From Thermodesulfobacteriota bacterium (lineage in GTDB: Bacteria; Desulfobacterota; Desulfobacteria; Desulfobacterales; C00003060): a DNA stretch of 64,000 bases. The stretch spans positions 256,001 through 320,000 of the forward strand of contig JAXHVD010000001.1 in NCBI GenBank assembly GCA_034189385.1. The letters are read 5' to 3'. A program made the translations under genes and the position numbers. Below the pieces are notes generated by a model. That model worked only from the letters and a program-made list of their open reading frames with translations. It was not told the DNA's origin and searched no databases. How positions within the stretch are numbered: the stretch's first letter is position 1; each line of letters opens with the position of its first letter. Positions 1-10,310 of this stretch are shown piece by piece.

Positions 1-285
1 TTACAAACGAATACTATGTACGGGAAGGGCTGTGGTCCCCCTCCCCCTGCTAGCCGATCCTGTATTCGTGTGCCTGTCTTGTCCATGGCCCTGAGTCTGA
101 TCACCGCAACCACTCCGGATTCTAGCCCCTGTCAGGCTGGCATTTCCTATGTGTGCCACTTACATGCAATGATAAAACGTTAGGTGTACTGAGAAGATCA
201 CCCGTGTTCATGAGTGGATAGGCCGACGGCAAGGGAGAAGGCGGGATGCTCAGGGTTGTCGCCTGCGCAGCCGTTTTGGGACGGA

Positions 286-302
286 TTGGCATGAATAATG
301 CT
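286..302 (+). promoter_or_regulatory. candidate sigma-54 promoter
   Basis: TTGGCATGAATAATGCT has GG-N10-GC spacing, in intergenic DNA upstream of the EPS locus. Confidence 0.4.
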
Positions 303-343
303 TGTAATTGCAAGGGAATCCATGTAATATTATGACGTAGTAC

Positions 344-468
344 TTGAACCGAATAAGCGAGCGCATTCTCCACAGGAGAGCTACCGCAGCCCCTGTAGGT
401 TCTGCCTGACGGCAGTGGTTCTGTCCGTTGGCAGTGCTAGCGCGGCGCCGGCCACGGGGAGGGTTCAA
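344..468 (+). repeat. palindromic repeat family A (TTGAACCGAAT..TTCAA), copy 1
   Basis: Starts TTGAACCGAATAAGCGAGCGCATTC and ends GGTTCAA; same start at 7727 and 35450. Confidence 0.75.
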
Positions 469-750
469 TAACAAACTCGGGGACAAAGGATGATTCCAGG
501 GAATGGGTAGCCCGACCCACAGGAAAAATGACTTCGGCCTTCGATGGGTGAGCATAAAAGCAGGTAGGTCTGAAAAGGACTCCGGCCAGCTCAACGTTAG
601 GCCCTTTTTGGGACGAAAATCTTGCTACACAAGCCACTGGTTTAATCTGTCCATGCCGAACTTGATTAAGGATTCAGTCCGACATTGGAGCATCTCGAAA
701 CTTCCCGAAATCATAACACCTTATTAGCTAGTCCGCTATCCTAATAGTAG

Positions 751-779
751 TTGACAATGGGGGCTTTAGTAAATAAAAT
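751..779 (+). promoter_or_regulatory. sigma-70 promoter
   Basis: TTGACA-17 nt-TAAAAT followed by an AT-rich tract. Confidence 0.6.
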
Positions 780-1526
780 TATATATAATTTTATATCACA
801 GAAGTGTCTTGGTCTTTTTTTAGTGCGAGGCGCCGTCACTACTTTTTGAAATGATAGTCTTCTGTTTCCCTGCCCGCAATCCAGTGAGAGGAATGTGGCC
901 ATGGATCTGGGGATGGCCCATCCCGAGCGTGGGGTGCGGGATTTCAGCCCCTGCCAAACAAAAGCCTTGGCTTAGACAGTGAATGGGAAGAGAGGGCCGT
1001 GTGCCAATTGCGCTGTTCGATCTTTATGGTTATTCTATGGCTGAAGCCAACAATCGGATCGTGCCTAGTGGGGTTTGGGAAGTTTGCATTGCCGTGTATG
1101 GCCTAAACCCCCGAGTAGTGCCCCCTTGTTGTTAGCTGTTGCCAGGTGGTGACTGGCCCAAGAAGCGGGGCCCTTATCTCGATAAAGCCATAAAAAGCAA
1201 CAAGTTATCCTCGATTATCCGTGTAATTGAAGGTGCGGAGCTGTATGTTGGATGCAGAATTTTTTGGATGCTTCAACAGTTCTCTGGGGAGGTGGAGAAT
1301 TGTCCGCTACGGTAGCGAAGGGAGAGTAGATGCAGGATATTGAGTTTGCCTGTTGCCGATCAGTGTGGCAGAGAGATGGGAGGACTGAGCGCATTTGTTA
1401 GGGGTCTCCATTGGTTACTTGGGGTTCTGAGGGCAGATTGCCAAGAACTTCATGAAGAGTCTTGAGCTCTGTGCAGTTCGAGGGTCTTTTGGAAGGCTCT
1501 CGTATTTTTGTGCGTGAAGCGGTTCT

Positions 1527-2300
1527 ATGCTACTCAGTGGCTGCAAGGCAATCCAGATGAGGATATGGGCACTGAATAAGGACGTTGTTCTGAGGCGATC
1601 CAAGCAACTTGCTACATTCTTAGGGGCAAGGTTAACGGACCCTTGGCTTTGCCGCTTTCAAGGACTTGTCAACTACATGAGACTCGGTCGTTGGATGCAC
1701 GAACACGGTTTCCAAACAAAACAGCTGGTTCCGGACAGAAATGCAGTCTTTGCTTCTGTTGCACGAAAGGTGCGAAATGAGCGTGTTCTCTATCTTGAAT
1801 TCGGAGTGTTTGAAGGTGCCAGTATCCGTTACTGGTCGCGCGAACTGCAACATCCTGATTCAATTCTTCATGGTTTTGACAGCTTCGAGGGGTTACCTGA
1901 AGATTTCGATGTTTCCTATCACTATTCCTTGGGAAAGGGTGCGTTTTCAACGCAAGGACGGGTACCCGTGATTCACGACAAAAGGGTGAAGTTCTTCAAG
2001 GGCTGGTTTGACCAGGTTCTTCCAGGCTACTCGGTTCCACCTCATAATGTGCTTGTTATCAACATGGATGCGGATCTCTATTCTTCTACTCTCTACGTTT
2101 TACGTCATTTGCGGAAGTGGATACGTTGCGGGACATTCATATACTTCGATGAAATGTCCCGCTTGGAACATGAACCTAGGGCCTTTGAAGTGTTTCTTAG
2201 AGAGAACAAACTGAGTTTCCGGTTGGTCTGCGCTGATCAGTCCCTTAATAACGCTTTCTTCGAGTGCATAGGCGAGGGGGCGGGCGGCTCGCAGGTTTAA
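1527..2300 (+). CDS. TylF/MycF/NovP-family O-methyltransferase
   Basis: YLEFGVFEG, GFDSFEGLPE, KGWF and DADLYSST motifs; start uncertain. Confidence 0.8.
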   Translation: MLLSGCKAIQMRIWALNKDVVLRRSKQLATFLGARLTDPWLCRFQGLVNYMRLGRWMHEHGFQTKQLVPDRNAVFASVARKVRNERVLYLEFGVFEGASIRYWSRELQHPDSILHGFDSFEGLPEDFDVSYHYSLGKGAFSTQGRVPVIHDKRVKFFKGWFDQVLPGYSVPPHNVLVINMDADLYSSTLYVLRHLRKWIRCGTFIYFDEMSRLEHEPRAFEVFLRENKLSFRLVCADQSLNNAFFECIGEGAGGSQV

Positions 2301-2370
2301 CCATCGGTAAAAACCGGTTTTCTGGGAAAGGCGCCTTGACCATCATGAAGCGCTTTCAGGCTACTACATG

Positions 2371-2620
2371 GAGACCCTTGCACAACCCCTTCTCTTTTGT
2401 CCGTATGAACTCTTTGACCTTATCTACGAGCCTGGTCACTAAATTGCCCAAAAACTCTCCGCTTCAGGCAGATCAAACAGTTTACGATTTGCCCATTGAT
2501 ATGGGTCGCTTGCCCCGTTAGATTTCCCGAGGGGAACCGTATTTAATGGGGTGAACTTTGCCCGGGCGGATACTCCATAAAGCTCATAATGGTAGCTCGA
2601 AGTAGTTATGCAAAACTCTC
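2371..2620 (+). mobile_element. MITE-like repeat family B
   Basis: Imperfect TIRs GAGACCCTTGCACAAC / GTTATGCAAAACTCTC, flanked by an ACATG direct repeat; internal similarity to the copies at 28540 and 51786. Confidence 0.7.
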
Positions 2621-2717
2621 ACATGGCCGTCCCAACTTGGATGAGTCTCTCCGATGAAAAAAACTCGGTGCCTTGTTGTTCAAGAGGATTTGGATTTGAC
2701 TATCAGCCTTTAATTCC

Positions 2718-4619
2718 ATGAATGGGCCCGTGCATTCGACAGAGTTCCGGTTACGCTTAAAGGATTTGTATAAGCAAGGTAATTTTGCGGAAGGATACCG
2801 TTTGCTAGCCCGACGGGCCCTGGCCACTCCGCCCTTCTATGAATACCCCTGGCTTGCCAAAGAGCTGGCAAGGTGTGTGGCAGAACCATTCACATTTCGC
2901 TTGGGCCTTCTGAGCACCTTCACTTTCGAGCCGATCAGACACAGCCTGTCCGCTGTGGCACTGGCCCAAGGATTCGAGTTGAAGCTTTACTTTGGAGGTT
3001 TTCAGCAACTAGAACAAGAAGTAATGATTCTCGGGAGTGGCCTCGCCCGGCACAAGCCACAAGTCATTGTTGTCGCTTGGCGTCTTGCGGACCTTTCACC
3101 GCTTCTGTGGCACTCGCCATTGGATCTAACAGAATCAAAGCTTCAAGGTGAGATAGAGGGCGTCCTTGATCGGGCTGTCGAGCTTGTTCGGGCCTGCAGG
3201 AACAACTTGCCACAGAGTCACCTAATTCTCCACACCGTAGTGCCACCCGACCATCCCGTGTTTGGAGTGGTTGATTTCCAGCATCCTCGAGGGCATCAAT
3301 GGATTACTAACTCAATAAACGCGGGACTTCGGAAGTTGGCAACCGAAACAGAAGGTGTTCATTTGTTGGATTGTGAGGCCGTAGCTAGGCGTATTCATGG
3401 TGAAGCATGGTTTGATGCAAGGCACTGGTACACAGCACGAGCACCGCTTGCTGCTGAGGGATTGGTGGCCTTGGCATACGAATATGTCAAATACCTCAGG
3501 GCCTTGTCAGGAAAAACAAAGAAGGTGCTTGTCACAGATCTGGACAACACGCTTTGGGGGGGAATACTGGGCGAAGACGGTTTTAACGGCATAGCCCTTG
3601 GGGAGACATATCCCGGAAATGCCTTTTTGGCTTTTCAGTGGGAGATGAAGATGCTTTCTAGGAGAGGTGTCCTCCTGGCTATCAACAGTAAGAACAACGA
3701 GGCAGATGTGCGCGAAGTATTTGAGAAACACCAACACATGGCCCTCGATTGGAATGCCTTTGCCGCAGTGCGTGTTAACTGGCAGGACAAGGCCACCAAC
3801 ATGGTCGAACTGGCCGAGGACCTCTCCCTGGGATTAGATAGTTTTGTGTTCATTGATGATAACCCTTATGAATTGGAAATGGTTCATCAGGCACTTCCTG
3901 AGGTCACTGTGATCAAGACCCCCAAAGAGCCTAGCGATTTGCCCGGACTTCTGTCACGTCTCGGATACTTCGAGAGCGTCGTTTATAGCGATGCAGACCG
4001 AAAACGTACCGAATTCTATAGTGCTCAAGCAAAACGGGCAGAGTTAAAGCGCAGTAGTAGAGATTTGGATGCCTTTTATCGGTCCCTTTCGATGAAGTTG
4101 ACCGTCTACGAAGTGGGTGAAGCTGAGACTCCTCGCGTGGCTCAACTCACGCAGCGCACAAATCAATTTAATATGACAACGCGTCGCTACAGTGAGGTCG
4201 ATATCAAGTATTTTCGGAATTCGCCAGCACATCTTCTTCGTGCGTACCATCTTGAAGACCGTTTTGGAGATAATGGGATAATTGCAGTAGTCGTTGTCAA
4301 AATGGATCGCGAAACATGGTATCTTGATTCATTCCTGATGAGCTGCCGTGTCATTGGTCGAGCGGTGGAGACAGCTATCCTGGCGTTATTGATTCAGGAG
4401 GCCAAGCGAGCTAGTGCTGCGGTGCTTAAGGCTGATTTTCTGCCATCAGAGAAAAACACTCCTGCGAGAGATGTCTATGCTAAGCACGGATTCAGAAAGG
4501 TGGAGGAGAGCCCTGAATGTATCCAGTGGGAAATAGACGTTGCCGAAGCCTCTCTGGAGGGTCCGGAATTTTTTGAAGTGATTGATACAACCAAAAAAAC
4601 CGAGGGCAAGAAATTGTGA
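2718..4619 (+). CDS. FkbH-like HAD-IIIC phosphatase / glyceryl transferase
   Basis: KVLVTDLDNTLWGG, SKNN, FIDDNPYE, QRTNQFN, DRFGDNG and LMSCRV motifs. Confidence 0.92.
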   Translation: MNGPVHSTEFRLRLKDLYKQGNFAEGYRLLARRALATPPFYEYPWLAKELARCVAEPFTFRLGLLSTFTFEPIRHSLSAVALAQGFELKLYFGGFQQLEQEVMILGSGLARHKPQVIVVAWRLADLSPLLWHSPLDLTESKLQGEIEGVLDRAVELVRACRNNLPQSHLILHTVVPPDHPVFGVVDFQHPRGHQWITNSINAGLRKLATETEGVHLLDCEAVARRIHGEAWFDARHWYTARAPLAAEGLVALAYEYVKYLRALSGKTKKVLVTDLDNTLWGGILGEDGFNGIALGETYPGNAFLAFQWEMKMLSRRGVLLAINSKNNEADVREVFEKHQHMALDWNAFAAVRVNWQDKATNMVELAEDLSLGLDSFVFIDDNPYELEMVHQALPEVTVIKTPKEPSDLPGLLSRLGYFESVVYSDADRKRTEFYSAQAKRAELKRSSRDLDAFYRSLSMKLTVYEVGEAETPRVAQLTQRTNQFNMTTRRYSEVDIKYFRNSPAHLLRAYHLEDRFGDNGIIAVVVVKMDRETWYLDSFLMSCRVIGRAVETAILALLIQEAKRASAAVLKADFLPSEKNTPARDVYAKHGFRKVEESPECIQWEIDVAEASLEGPEFFEVIDTTKKTEGKKL

Positions 4620-4867
4620 ATGAGGATACCATTCAAGAGCGGGTTAAAGAGGTCATGGCGGGCATCTTTTCCATGGATCCAGCTGACATCGGGCCCCATT
4701 CTTCACTTAGGACCATAAAAAAATGGGACAGCCTGCAGCACGTGAATTTGATTATAGCCCTTGAACAGGCCTTTGGCTTGCGTATCGCCGTTTCGCAGGC
4801 TGTTGAAATGACATCATTTCCCTCGGTGTGCCGTGTTGTCGCACAATCCTTGGGGGAAGCCTTTTGA
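4616..4867 (+). CDS. acyl carrier protein
   Basis: WDSL phosphopantetheine motif; 83 aa; overlaps the FkbH stop. Confidence 0.9.
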   Translation: MNEDTIQERVKEVMAGIFSMDPADIGPHSSLRTIKKWDSLQHVNLIIALEQAFGLRIAVSQAVEMTSFPSVCRVVAQSLGEAF

Positions 4868-5526
4868 GTAGCCCTGAAACCTTACCACAGCCCCGAAAGA
4901 TGACTCGAGATGATTTAAAAGACGTCGTGGACCTCCATGTCCTTTGTTTCCCTCACTATTTTCTTACAGGCTTGGGAGACGGTGTTTTACGCCACTATTA
5001 TACATACGCAATGGATGATCCGCAGAGCCTCGTCATCGTCCTTGAAATACCGGAGTCTGGTCGCGTCGTAGGTCTTGCAGTTGGAACGTTTGACCCGGAG
5101 TTCCAGGCGAAACTGTTTCTTAGTCATCTGTTTGGCTTCTTGTGGGGTGTTCTGCGTGGGGTATTTATGAGTCACACTGTCCGAGAGGGAATTGTGCAGC
5201 GCTTATGGGACATGAAATGGGCTGTGAGAAGTCTATTCAGGGCAACTATTAATCATGTGACAGCTGATCCACAAACTGCTAGTCCTCTGATTACTGACTA
5301 CGCGTGTCTTCTCGTGAACGCAGTGCATCCTGAGTGGCGGGGATGGCAAAGTTCCGAGCGTTTCCTAAAATACTTCACGAATTGTGTGCTCGAGATGGGG
5401 GCTACCGGAATTTGGGGGACGGTATATCCTGAAAACCTTGCCGCTTTGATCCTTTACAAGCGGCTTTCCTGGAATATTGAGAAGCAGGGCCCCAAGCGCG
5501 TGATGGTCTGGCTTGATCTTATGTGA
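4864..5526 (+). CDS. GNAT-family N-acyltransferase
   Basis: AVHPEWRG and ENLAALILY GNAT motifs; TTG start overlapping the ACP stop. Confidence 0.7.
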   Translation: MSSPETLPQPRKMTRDDLKDVVDLHVLCFPHYFLTGLGDGVLRHYYTYAMDDPQSLVIVLEIPESGRVVGLAVGTFDPEFQAKLFLSHLFGFLWGVLRGVFMSHTVREGIVQRLWDMKWAVRSLFRATINHVTADPQTASPLITDYACLLVNAVHPEWRGWQSSERFLKYFTNCVLEMGATGIWGTVYPENLAALILYKRLSWNIEKQGPKRVMVWLDLM

Positions 5527-5534
5527 TTCATTCA

Positions 5535-5712
5535 TGAGTTTGAATGATTTTGACATTGCTTTCCCCAAAGTGAAGAGCTGTGCAGATTGATGACGCCTAT
5601 TTGCCAGTTTCGAGAAGCGAAGTCAATCAAACATGATCTAATCCAGGAGGCCCGTATTCGTTTTTTCAAGGGCAAGCACGGCTTCTGTCTGGAGCTAGCC
5701 GAGGGAACCTGA
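5535..5712 (+). pseudogene. remnant of a VOC/glyoxalase-family gene
   Basis: Frame ending at 5712 reads IKHDLIQEARIRFFKGKHGFCLELAEG, resembling VOC proteins of FkbH loci; upstream part is in other frames. Confidence 0.45.
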
Positions 5713-5747
5713 GTGAGCAGAGAGGAGAGTTTTCGTCCCTGTTCTCT

Positions 5748-5886
5748 GAGACCTTTGAACAACACCTTTCCACTTAGTTCTTTAAGCTTTTCAATCCGCC
5801 AGGGTAGACCGCTCATCCCGACGGAGCCGGGAATGGGTCTCCTCAAAAACCCACAACGACGTTGAAAAGAGTAATCCAGCGGTCTC
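5748..5886 (+). mobile_element. MITE-like repeat family B (short)
   Basis: GAGACCTTTG...GGTCTC ends; core CCGCTCATCCCGACGGAGCCGGGAA nearly identical at 27457 and 42648, partly at 51786. Confidence 0.75.
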
Positions 5887-6256
5887 GTTTTAAAGTCAAT
5901 AAGCTAGATGCTAGTCTGTCATAGTGAGGAGAGTCGCCTTCGTTGCCGGCAGGAAGCCCGAAGCAGCGGTCGCCTTTTGCGTGCGACGGATTGCTTCTTT
6001 CGCCAATCTGCCAGCAATGCTGAGGCAAGCCCCCGAGGTCAGTTTGCCTAAGTGATTCTTTCGTCGGCCAAGTATAGTACACGGCAGGAAGGTTCTCTAA
6101 GTAGGCTGAAGTGACTACTCAAACTTAACTCCCGATAATTTGAGAGCGATGGCGCAGCCAGTTGAAGAAGGTGGGTGGCCTGTGGTAATGATCAACCGGT
6201 ATGGCAAATCGAGTAAGTGAGGAAATAGGGTTTATCTCGCTAGAGCGGAGTTCTTA

Positions 6257-7642
6257 ATGACAATAAAGAAGAGTGCCAGACAATTAGGGTTTGGCGTTGT
6301 ATTCTTTGTTTTGACCGGGATATTGCTTGCCAAAGTTATCATGATTTCTCTAACACTGGGAATCATAGCTTTGTCATGTGCAATATTGTTAGTTCTCACA
6401 ATCGTGTTTCGGAAAATGGACTACCTGTTGTATGCATGGCTTGTGCTCACGAGCGTGATCTGGTTTATCATGCTGCGGGGATTGTCACCTGCTTATTATC
6501 AGTTTATCGGCAGAGGCATCTTTTGGGGCATTCTTGTTTGTGCGTTTGCAGCATGGGCTATAGATATTATCCTCAGAGGTCGGCAGTTCACGCCTTTGGA
6601 CAACGTGTCTCTAAAGGCAAGCATACTAGTTTTCGTGCTCTGGTGTACGGCAACGCTGACCACCTCTGTGGACGTCTTATACAGTTTCAGAAAATGGCTT
6701 CATATTATCTTTGCATTAGTTGCTTCCTACATGTTCTATGATTTTTTTTCGCGGGATGAAAAAAACATCAAAAGAATGATCAACATCGTCTCGCTGGTGA
6801 TGGTTCTTGTGTCTTCTTTGACGATAGCTGTTGCCGCTCGGGCGCTGATGCTGGGGATGCCAATTTATAAAGAGATAAATCTCTGGTTCCAAAACCCGAA
6901 TGTGCTCGGCGCATTTTTGATGGTCCCTTTACCTATATTGGTCACCAGCGGATTTAATTTTTGGCCGGTCAGACGGTTTAAGTGGTTGTTCCTGTCTCCT
7001 GTGTTTCTGGCGTTGTTGATTTCCTCTTCTCGGAGTGCTTGGCTGGCGGTACTTGTCGCGCTGACTTTCTTATGTTCCAAGGGGAAAACAAGGTTACCAT
7101 TTGCAGCTGTCACTACTGTTGTTCTTGTCTTAGGTAGTATAACATTTCCATTTTGGGGGACGGATTTCTACGACTTCATAGCAGGGGAGCGCTACACCGG
7201 GCGCAGGGAAATTTGGCAGGCGGCCTTGAGTACTGTCCGCGATTATCCACTGTTCGGGATCGGCCTTGGAAACAGCGCGAAGGTTGTTCCCAATTATATT
7301 GAAAACCCATACTTTGCGAGCCATTTTGTTAATACTCATAATCTGTACCTTCAGAACAGTGTGGAAATGGGTTTTGGTTCCGTTTTAATATTGCTAGTTT
7401 TTTACGTCATCTTTTTTCTTTCTTCAGTCAGAATTGAAAATAGCCTGAAATCGCATGATCTAAAGTTGGTGGTGAGGGGAACTCTGGCGACTTTTTTGGC
7501 GCTACTTGTTCATGGCATTTTTGAATGCGGTAGTTTCCTGACGACGTTTGATGCCGGAGAGTTCACGGTCATGTTGCCATACATCCTTATGGCTTTGCCA
7601 TTTGCAGCAAAGAAGTTGGAAGGGAGGGCACAGCCAGGCTGA
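6257..7642 (+). CDS. O-antigen ligase / Wzy polymerase family membrane protein
   Basis: Many TM helices; NPN, SSSRSAW, GRREIW, PLFGIGLG and THNLYL motifs. Confidence 0.88.
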   Translation: MTIKKSARQLGFGVVFFVLTGILLAKVIMISLTLGIIALSCAILLVLTIVFRKMDYLLYAWLVLTSVIWFIMLRGLSPAYYQFIGRGIFWGILVCAFAAWAIDIILRGRQFTPLDNVSLKASILVFVLWCTATLTTSVDVLYSFRKWLHIIFALVASYMFYDFFSRDEKNIKRMINIVSLVMVLVSSLTIAVAARALMLGMPIYKEINLWFQNPNVLGAFLMVPLPILVTSGFNFWPVRRFKWLFLSPVFLALLISSSRSAWLAVLVALTFLCSKGKTRLPFAAVTTVVLVLGSITFPFWGTDFYDFIAGERYTGRREIWQAALSTVRDYPLFGIGLGNSAKVVPNYIENPYFASHFVNTHNLYLQNSVEMGFGSVLILLVFYVIFFLSSVRIENSLKSHDLKLVVRGTLATFLALLVHGIFECGSFLTTFDAGEFTVMLPYILMALPFAAKKLEGRAQPG

Positions 7643-7726
7643 CGCTGGATACTGGATGCTGCCTAATGGAAATGAGATGTTTGTAAGGATCGTAAGTGAA
7701 TTCTATTCAAACAATGCGGAAATGAC

Positions 7727-7868
7727 TTGAACCGATTAAGCGAGCGCATTCCCCGTAGGTTCTGCCTGAAGGCAGTGCTTCGCAGGCTGCGGGGTTAGCG
7801 AGCGTATATAAAATGAGACATATTCCTTACGGTCGAAGATTCCCTGCAGCTTGCTGCAGGGCCTTCAA
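7727..7868 (+). repeat. palindromic repeat family A, copy 2
   Basis: TTGAACCGATTAAGCGAGCGCATTC...CCCTGCAGCTTGCTGCAGGG...TTCAA. Confidence 0.75.
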
Positions 7869-7889
7869 TAATGGGCTGGTGGAAATCTG

Positions 7890-9071
7890 ATGAAGCTAGC
7901 AGTCTTCAGTGGACAGTACTTCTGGTTTAATGGCAATAATTATTCAACGGACGAAGCCTTTGTCAAGTTTGTTATGTCCTTTTATCCGAGTTTTGAAAAA
8001 ATTGTATTTTGTGACGCTGTCAAGCAAGAAAGAAAACGACAACCGTATCTTCTGAATCCGAGGAAATTCGAGGTCTGTCCCCTTCCTGATTTTACCATTT
8101 GCTCTTTCGGCAGCATGCTAATCAGCGCTCCTCGGATTTACCGCATAGTGAGGGATAACATGTGGCAGTGGGACCTGATTTGGGTCCATGCCCCACATCC
8201 GGTTAGCTTGATATTTGCATATGTTTGCAGGCAACTGCACAAGCCTTTCTTCCTATTTGTCCGTCAGAACTTCAGGGAATATATCGTAAACAGAAGCCGT
8301 GGGAAGAGGTTTTGGGCAGCACGGATGCTGGCTTTTATTCTGGAACATGCTTTTCGAACGATGAGTTCTCGTGTTTTGACCTTTACCGTGGGAAGGGAGA
8401 TGTACGAGATATACGGGAAAACTGGAAGGAACGTTTGTCAGACGGCCGTTTCCCTCATTCACGATTCAGACATTGACAGTGGCGCAAGCAGGTCGAAGGA
8501 TGCCGCGGTTCTCCGAATGGTCACCGTTGGAAGATTGGACCCTGAGAAGGGGATGATCTATTTGATCGAGGCAGTGAGCGATTTGGTGAGAAGTGGGACA
8601 AAAGGGGTGATGCTAGACATCGTGGGTGACGGATCCGAAGGGATGACACTCCGACGGAAAGTCGATGATGAGGGCCTATCGGACCACGTTGTTTTTCGGG
8701 GATACATACCCCACGGAGAGGCGCTTTTTCGTGTATACAGACAAAGCGATGTTTTGATACTGCCATCATTGACTGAAGGATGCCCCCAGGTTCTTTTCGA
8801 GGCCATGGCATGTGGTGTTGCCATCGTGGCTACCAGAGTTGGAGGTATCCCTTTTTTCATTGAAGACGGGGGCAATGGCTTACTTGTAAACCCCGCAAGT
8901 CCGGGTGAAATAGTTTCGGCGATCCTCCGACTCAAGGGGGATAGAAGCCTGTTATTTCGCCTTGCCAACAAGGGTATTGAGACCGCCAGAAAACACACGG
9001 TTGAGATCGAGAGGCAGCACATGCTTGAATGCATTGAACGGCACTTTAACGCACCTCTTGCCGCAGTTTGA
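7890..9071 (+). CDS. glycosyltransferase family 4
   Basis: VGRLDPEKG and EGCPQVLFEAMACG (EX7E). Confidence 0.92.
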   Translation: MKLAVFSGQYFWFNGNNYSTDEAFVKFVMSFYPSFEKIVFCDAVKQERKRQPYLLNPRKFEVCPLPDFTICSFGSMLISAPRIYRIVRDNMWQWDLIWVHAPHPVSLIFAYVCRQLHKPFFLFVRQNFREYIVNRSRGKRFWAARMLAFILEHAFRTMSSRVLTFTVGREMYEIYGKTGRNVCQTAVSLIHDSDIDSGASRSKDAAVLRMVTVGRLDPEKGMIYLIEAVSDLVRSGTKGVMLDIVGDGSEGMTLRRKVDDEGLSDHVVFRGYIPHGEALFRVYRQSDVLILPSLTEGCPQVLFEAMACGVAIVATRVGGIPFFIEDGGNGLLVNPASPGEIVSAILRLKGDRSLLFRLANKGIETARKHTVEIERQHMLECIERHFNAPLAAV

Positions 9072-9098
9072 TCGAACGCATCGCGCTGAAGCATTCCC

Positions 9099-10277
9099 AT
9101 GAAAGTCGGTTACATCCCGGGGGCTCTTGACGAATTGAGCGGGGCCAACTTCCCCCACCTAATCCACATGCAGGAAAATCTCCGCGCTTTGCGAACTCGG
9201 CTTCCCACTGAAGTTTTGCGAGCTCAGAGGGCCAGCACTTTGTTTGTGAGCTTTCGCGGCCGCCTGGCGGGTAGATGGATGGAAAAGGCCCCGCTTTTTA
9301 TGATGCGACGTCTAGTCCACGTGGTGTTCTTCTGCCACCGATTCTTTGAGTTGAAAGCGAAATTAAGAGATGCAATGTATGATTTCTTCATCGTTAGGCA
9401 CTGCATTTCAAATTACCTCGTGGTGAGATATCTTCACCGGCAGCGTGCCAAACTTCTTCTCGAAATGCACGGCTTCAGGCATATTGAAGACCAGGAGTAC
9501 GGTCAGAGCAAGAGGTCATCACTTTATTTCGAATCCATAGCCCGGATGGAGCGAAGCGTCCTCAACTGGGCAGATGCTGTCACAGTGGTATCTGGCGGAC
9601 TCAGAGCCTTGTGCGTGCGATTGGGCGTTGATGGTCGAAAGATTCATGTCATCCACAACGGAGTCGATCCCGAAAAGTTCCGGGGACCGACGGACCCTGA
9701 GCCGGTGTTGAAGACATACGACCTCAAGAAGGCTGTCGTGGTTGGGTTTGTTGGAAGCTTTGCCCGCTACCATGGTTTAGACATTCTGATTGGCATTGCC
9801 AAGACACTTGCCAACCGCGTTCAGGGTCTAAGGTTTTTGATTGTAGGCAAAAACGTCCATGGATCGGACGACTGGAGGAATGAGGTGGCCATAGGCGGTG
9901 TCGGACAGATTTTTACTTTCACCGGAGAGGTGCCTCACCATCTCATCCCGAAATACATTTCAGCGATGGATATCGCAGTCATACCGGATTTCAACACCTA
10001 TGGTTCGCCCATGAAGCTCTTTGAGTATATGGCCATGGGGCGGGCGGTAGTGGCGCCTGATGTAGGTCCTATTCGAGAGATTGTTTCAAACGGGGAGACT
10101 GGAGTGCTCTTTAAGAAGGGCGATGTCGCGGGCGCGAGCAAGAGCGTTGAGCTACTGATAAGAAACCGGCCGCTGCGAGATGCAATCGGGCAAAGGGCAC
10201 GCCAGAAGGTGTTGAGGCAATATACCTGGGAGCGAAATGCGGCCAGGATACGGCGGATTGCCGAAGGATTGATCTGA
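9099..10277 (+). CDS. glycosyltransferase family 4
   Basis: IHNGVD, GFVGSF and SPMKLFEYMAMG. Confidence 0.92.
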   Translation: MKVGYIPGALDELSGANFPHLIHMQENLRALRTRLPTEVLRAQRASTLFVSFRGRLAGRWMEKAPLFMMRRLVHVVFFCHRFFELKAKLRDAMYDFFIVRHCISNYLVVRYLHRQRAKLLLEMHGFRHIEDQEYGQSKRSSLYFESIARMERSVLNWADAVTVVSGGLRALCVRLGVDGRKIHVIHNGVDPEKFRGPTDPEPVLKTYDLKKAVVVGFVGSFARYHGLDILIGIAKTLANRVQGLRFLIVGKNVHGSDDWRNEVAIGGVGQIFTFTGEVPHHLIPKYISAMDIAVIPDFNTYGSPMKLFEYMAMGRAVVAPDVGPIREIVSNGETGVLFKKGDVAGASKSVELLIRNRPLRDAIGQRARQKVLRQYTWERNAARIRRIAEGLI

Positions 10278-10310
10278 ATGGCCATTGTCGCTTAGAAAGC
10301 TTCTGAAATA

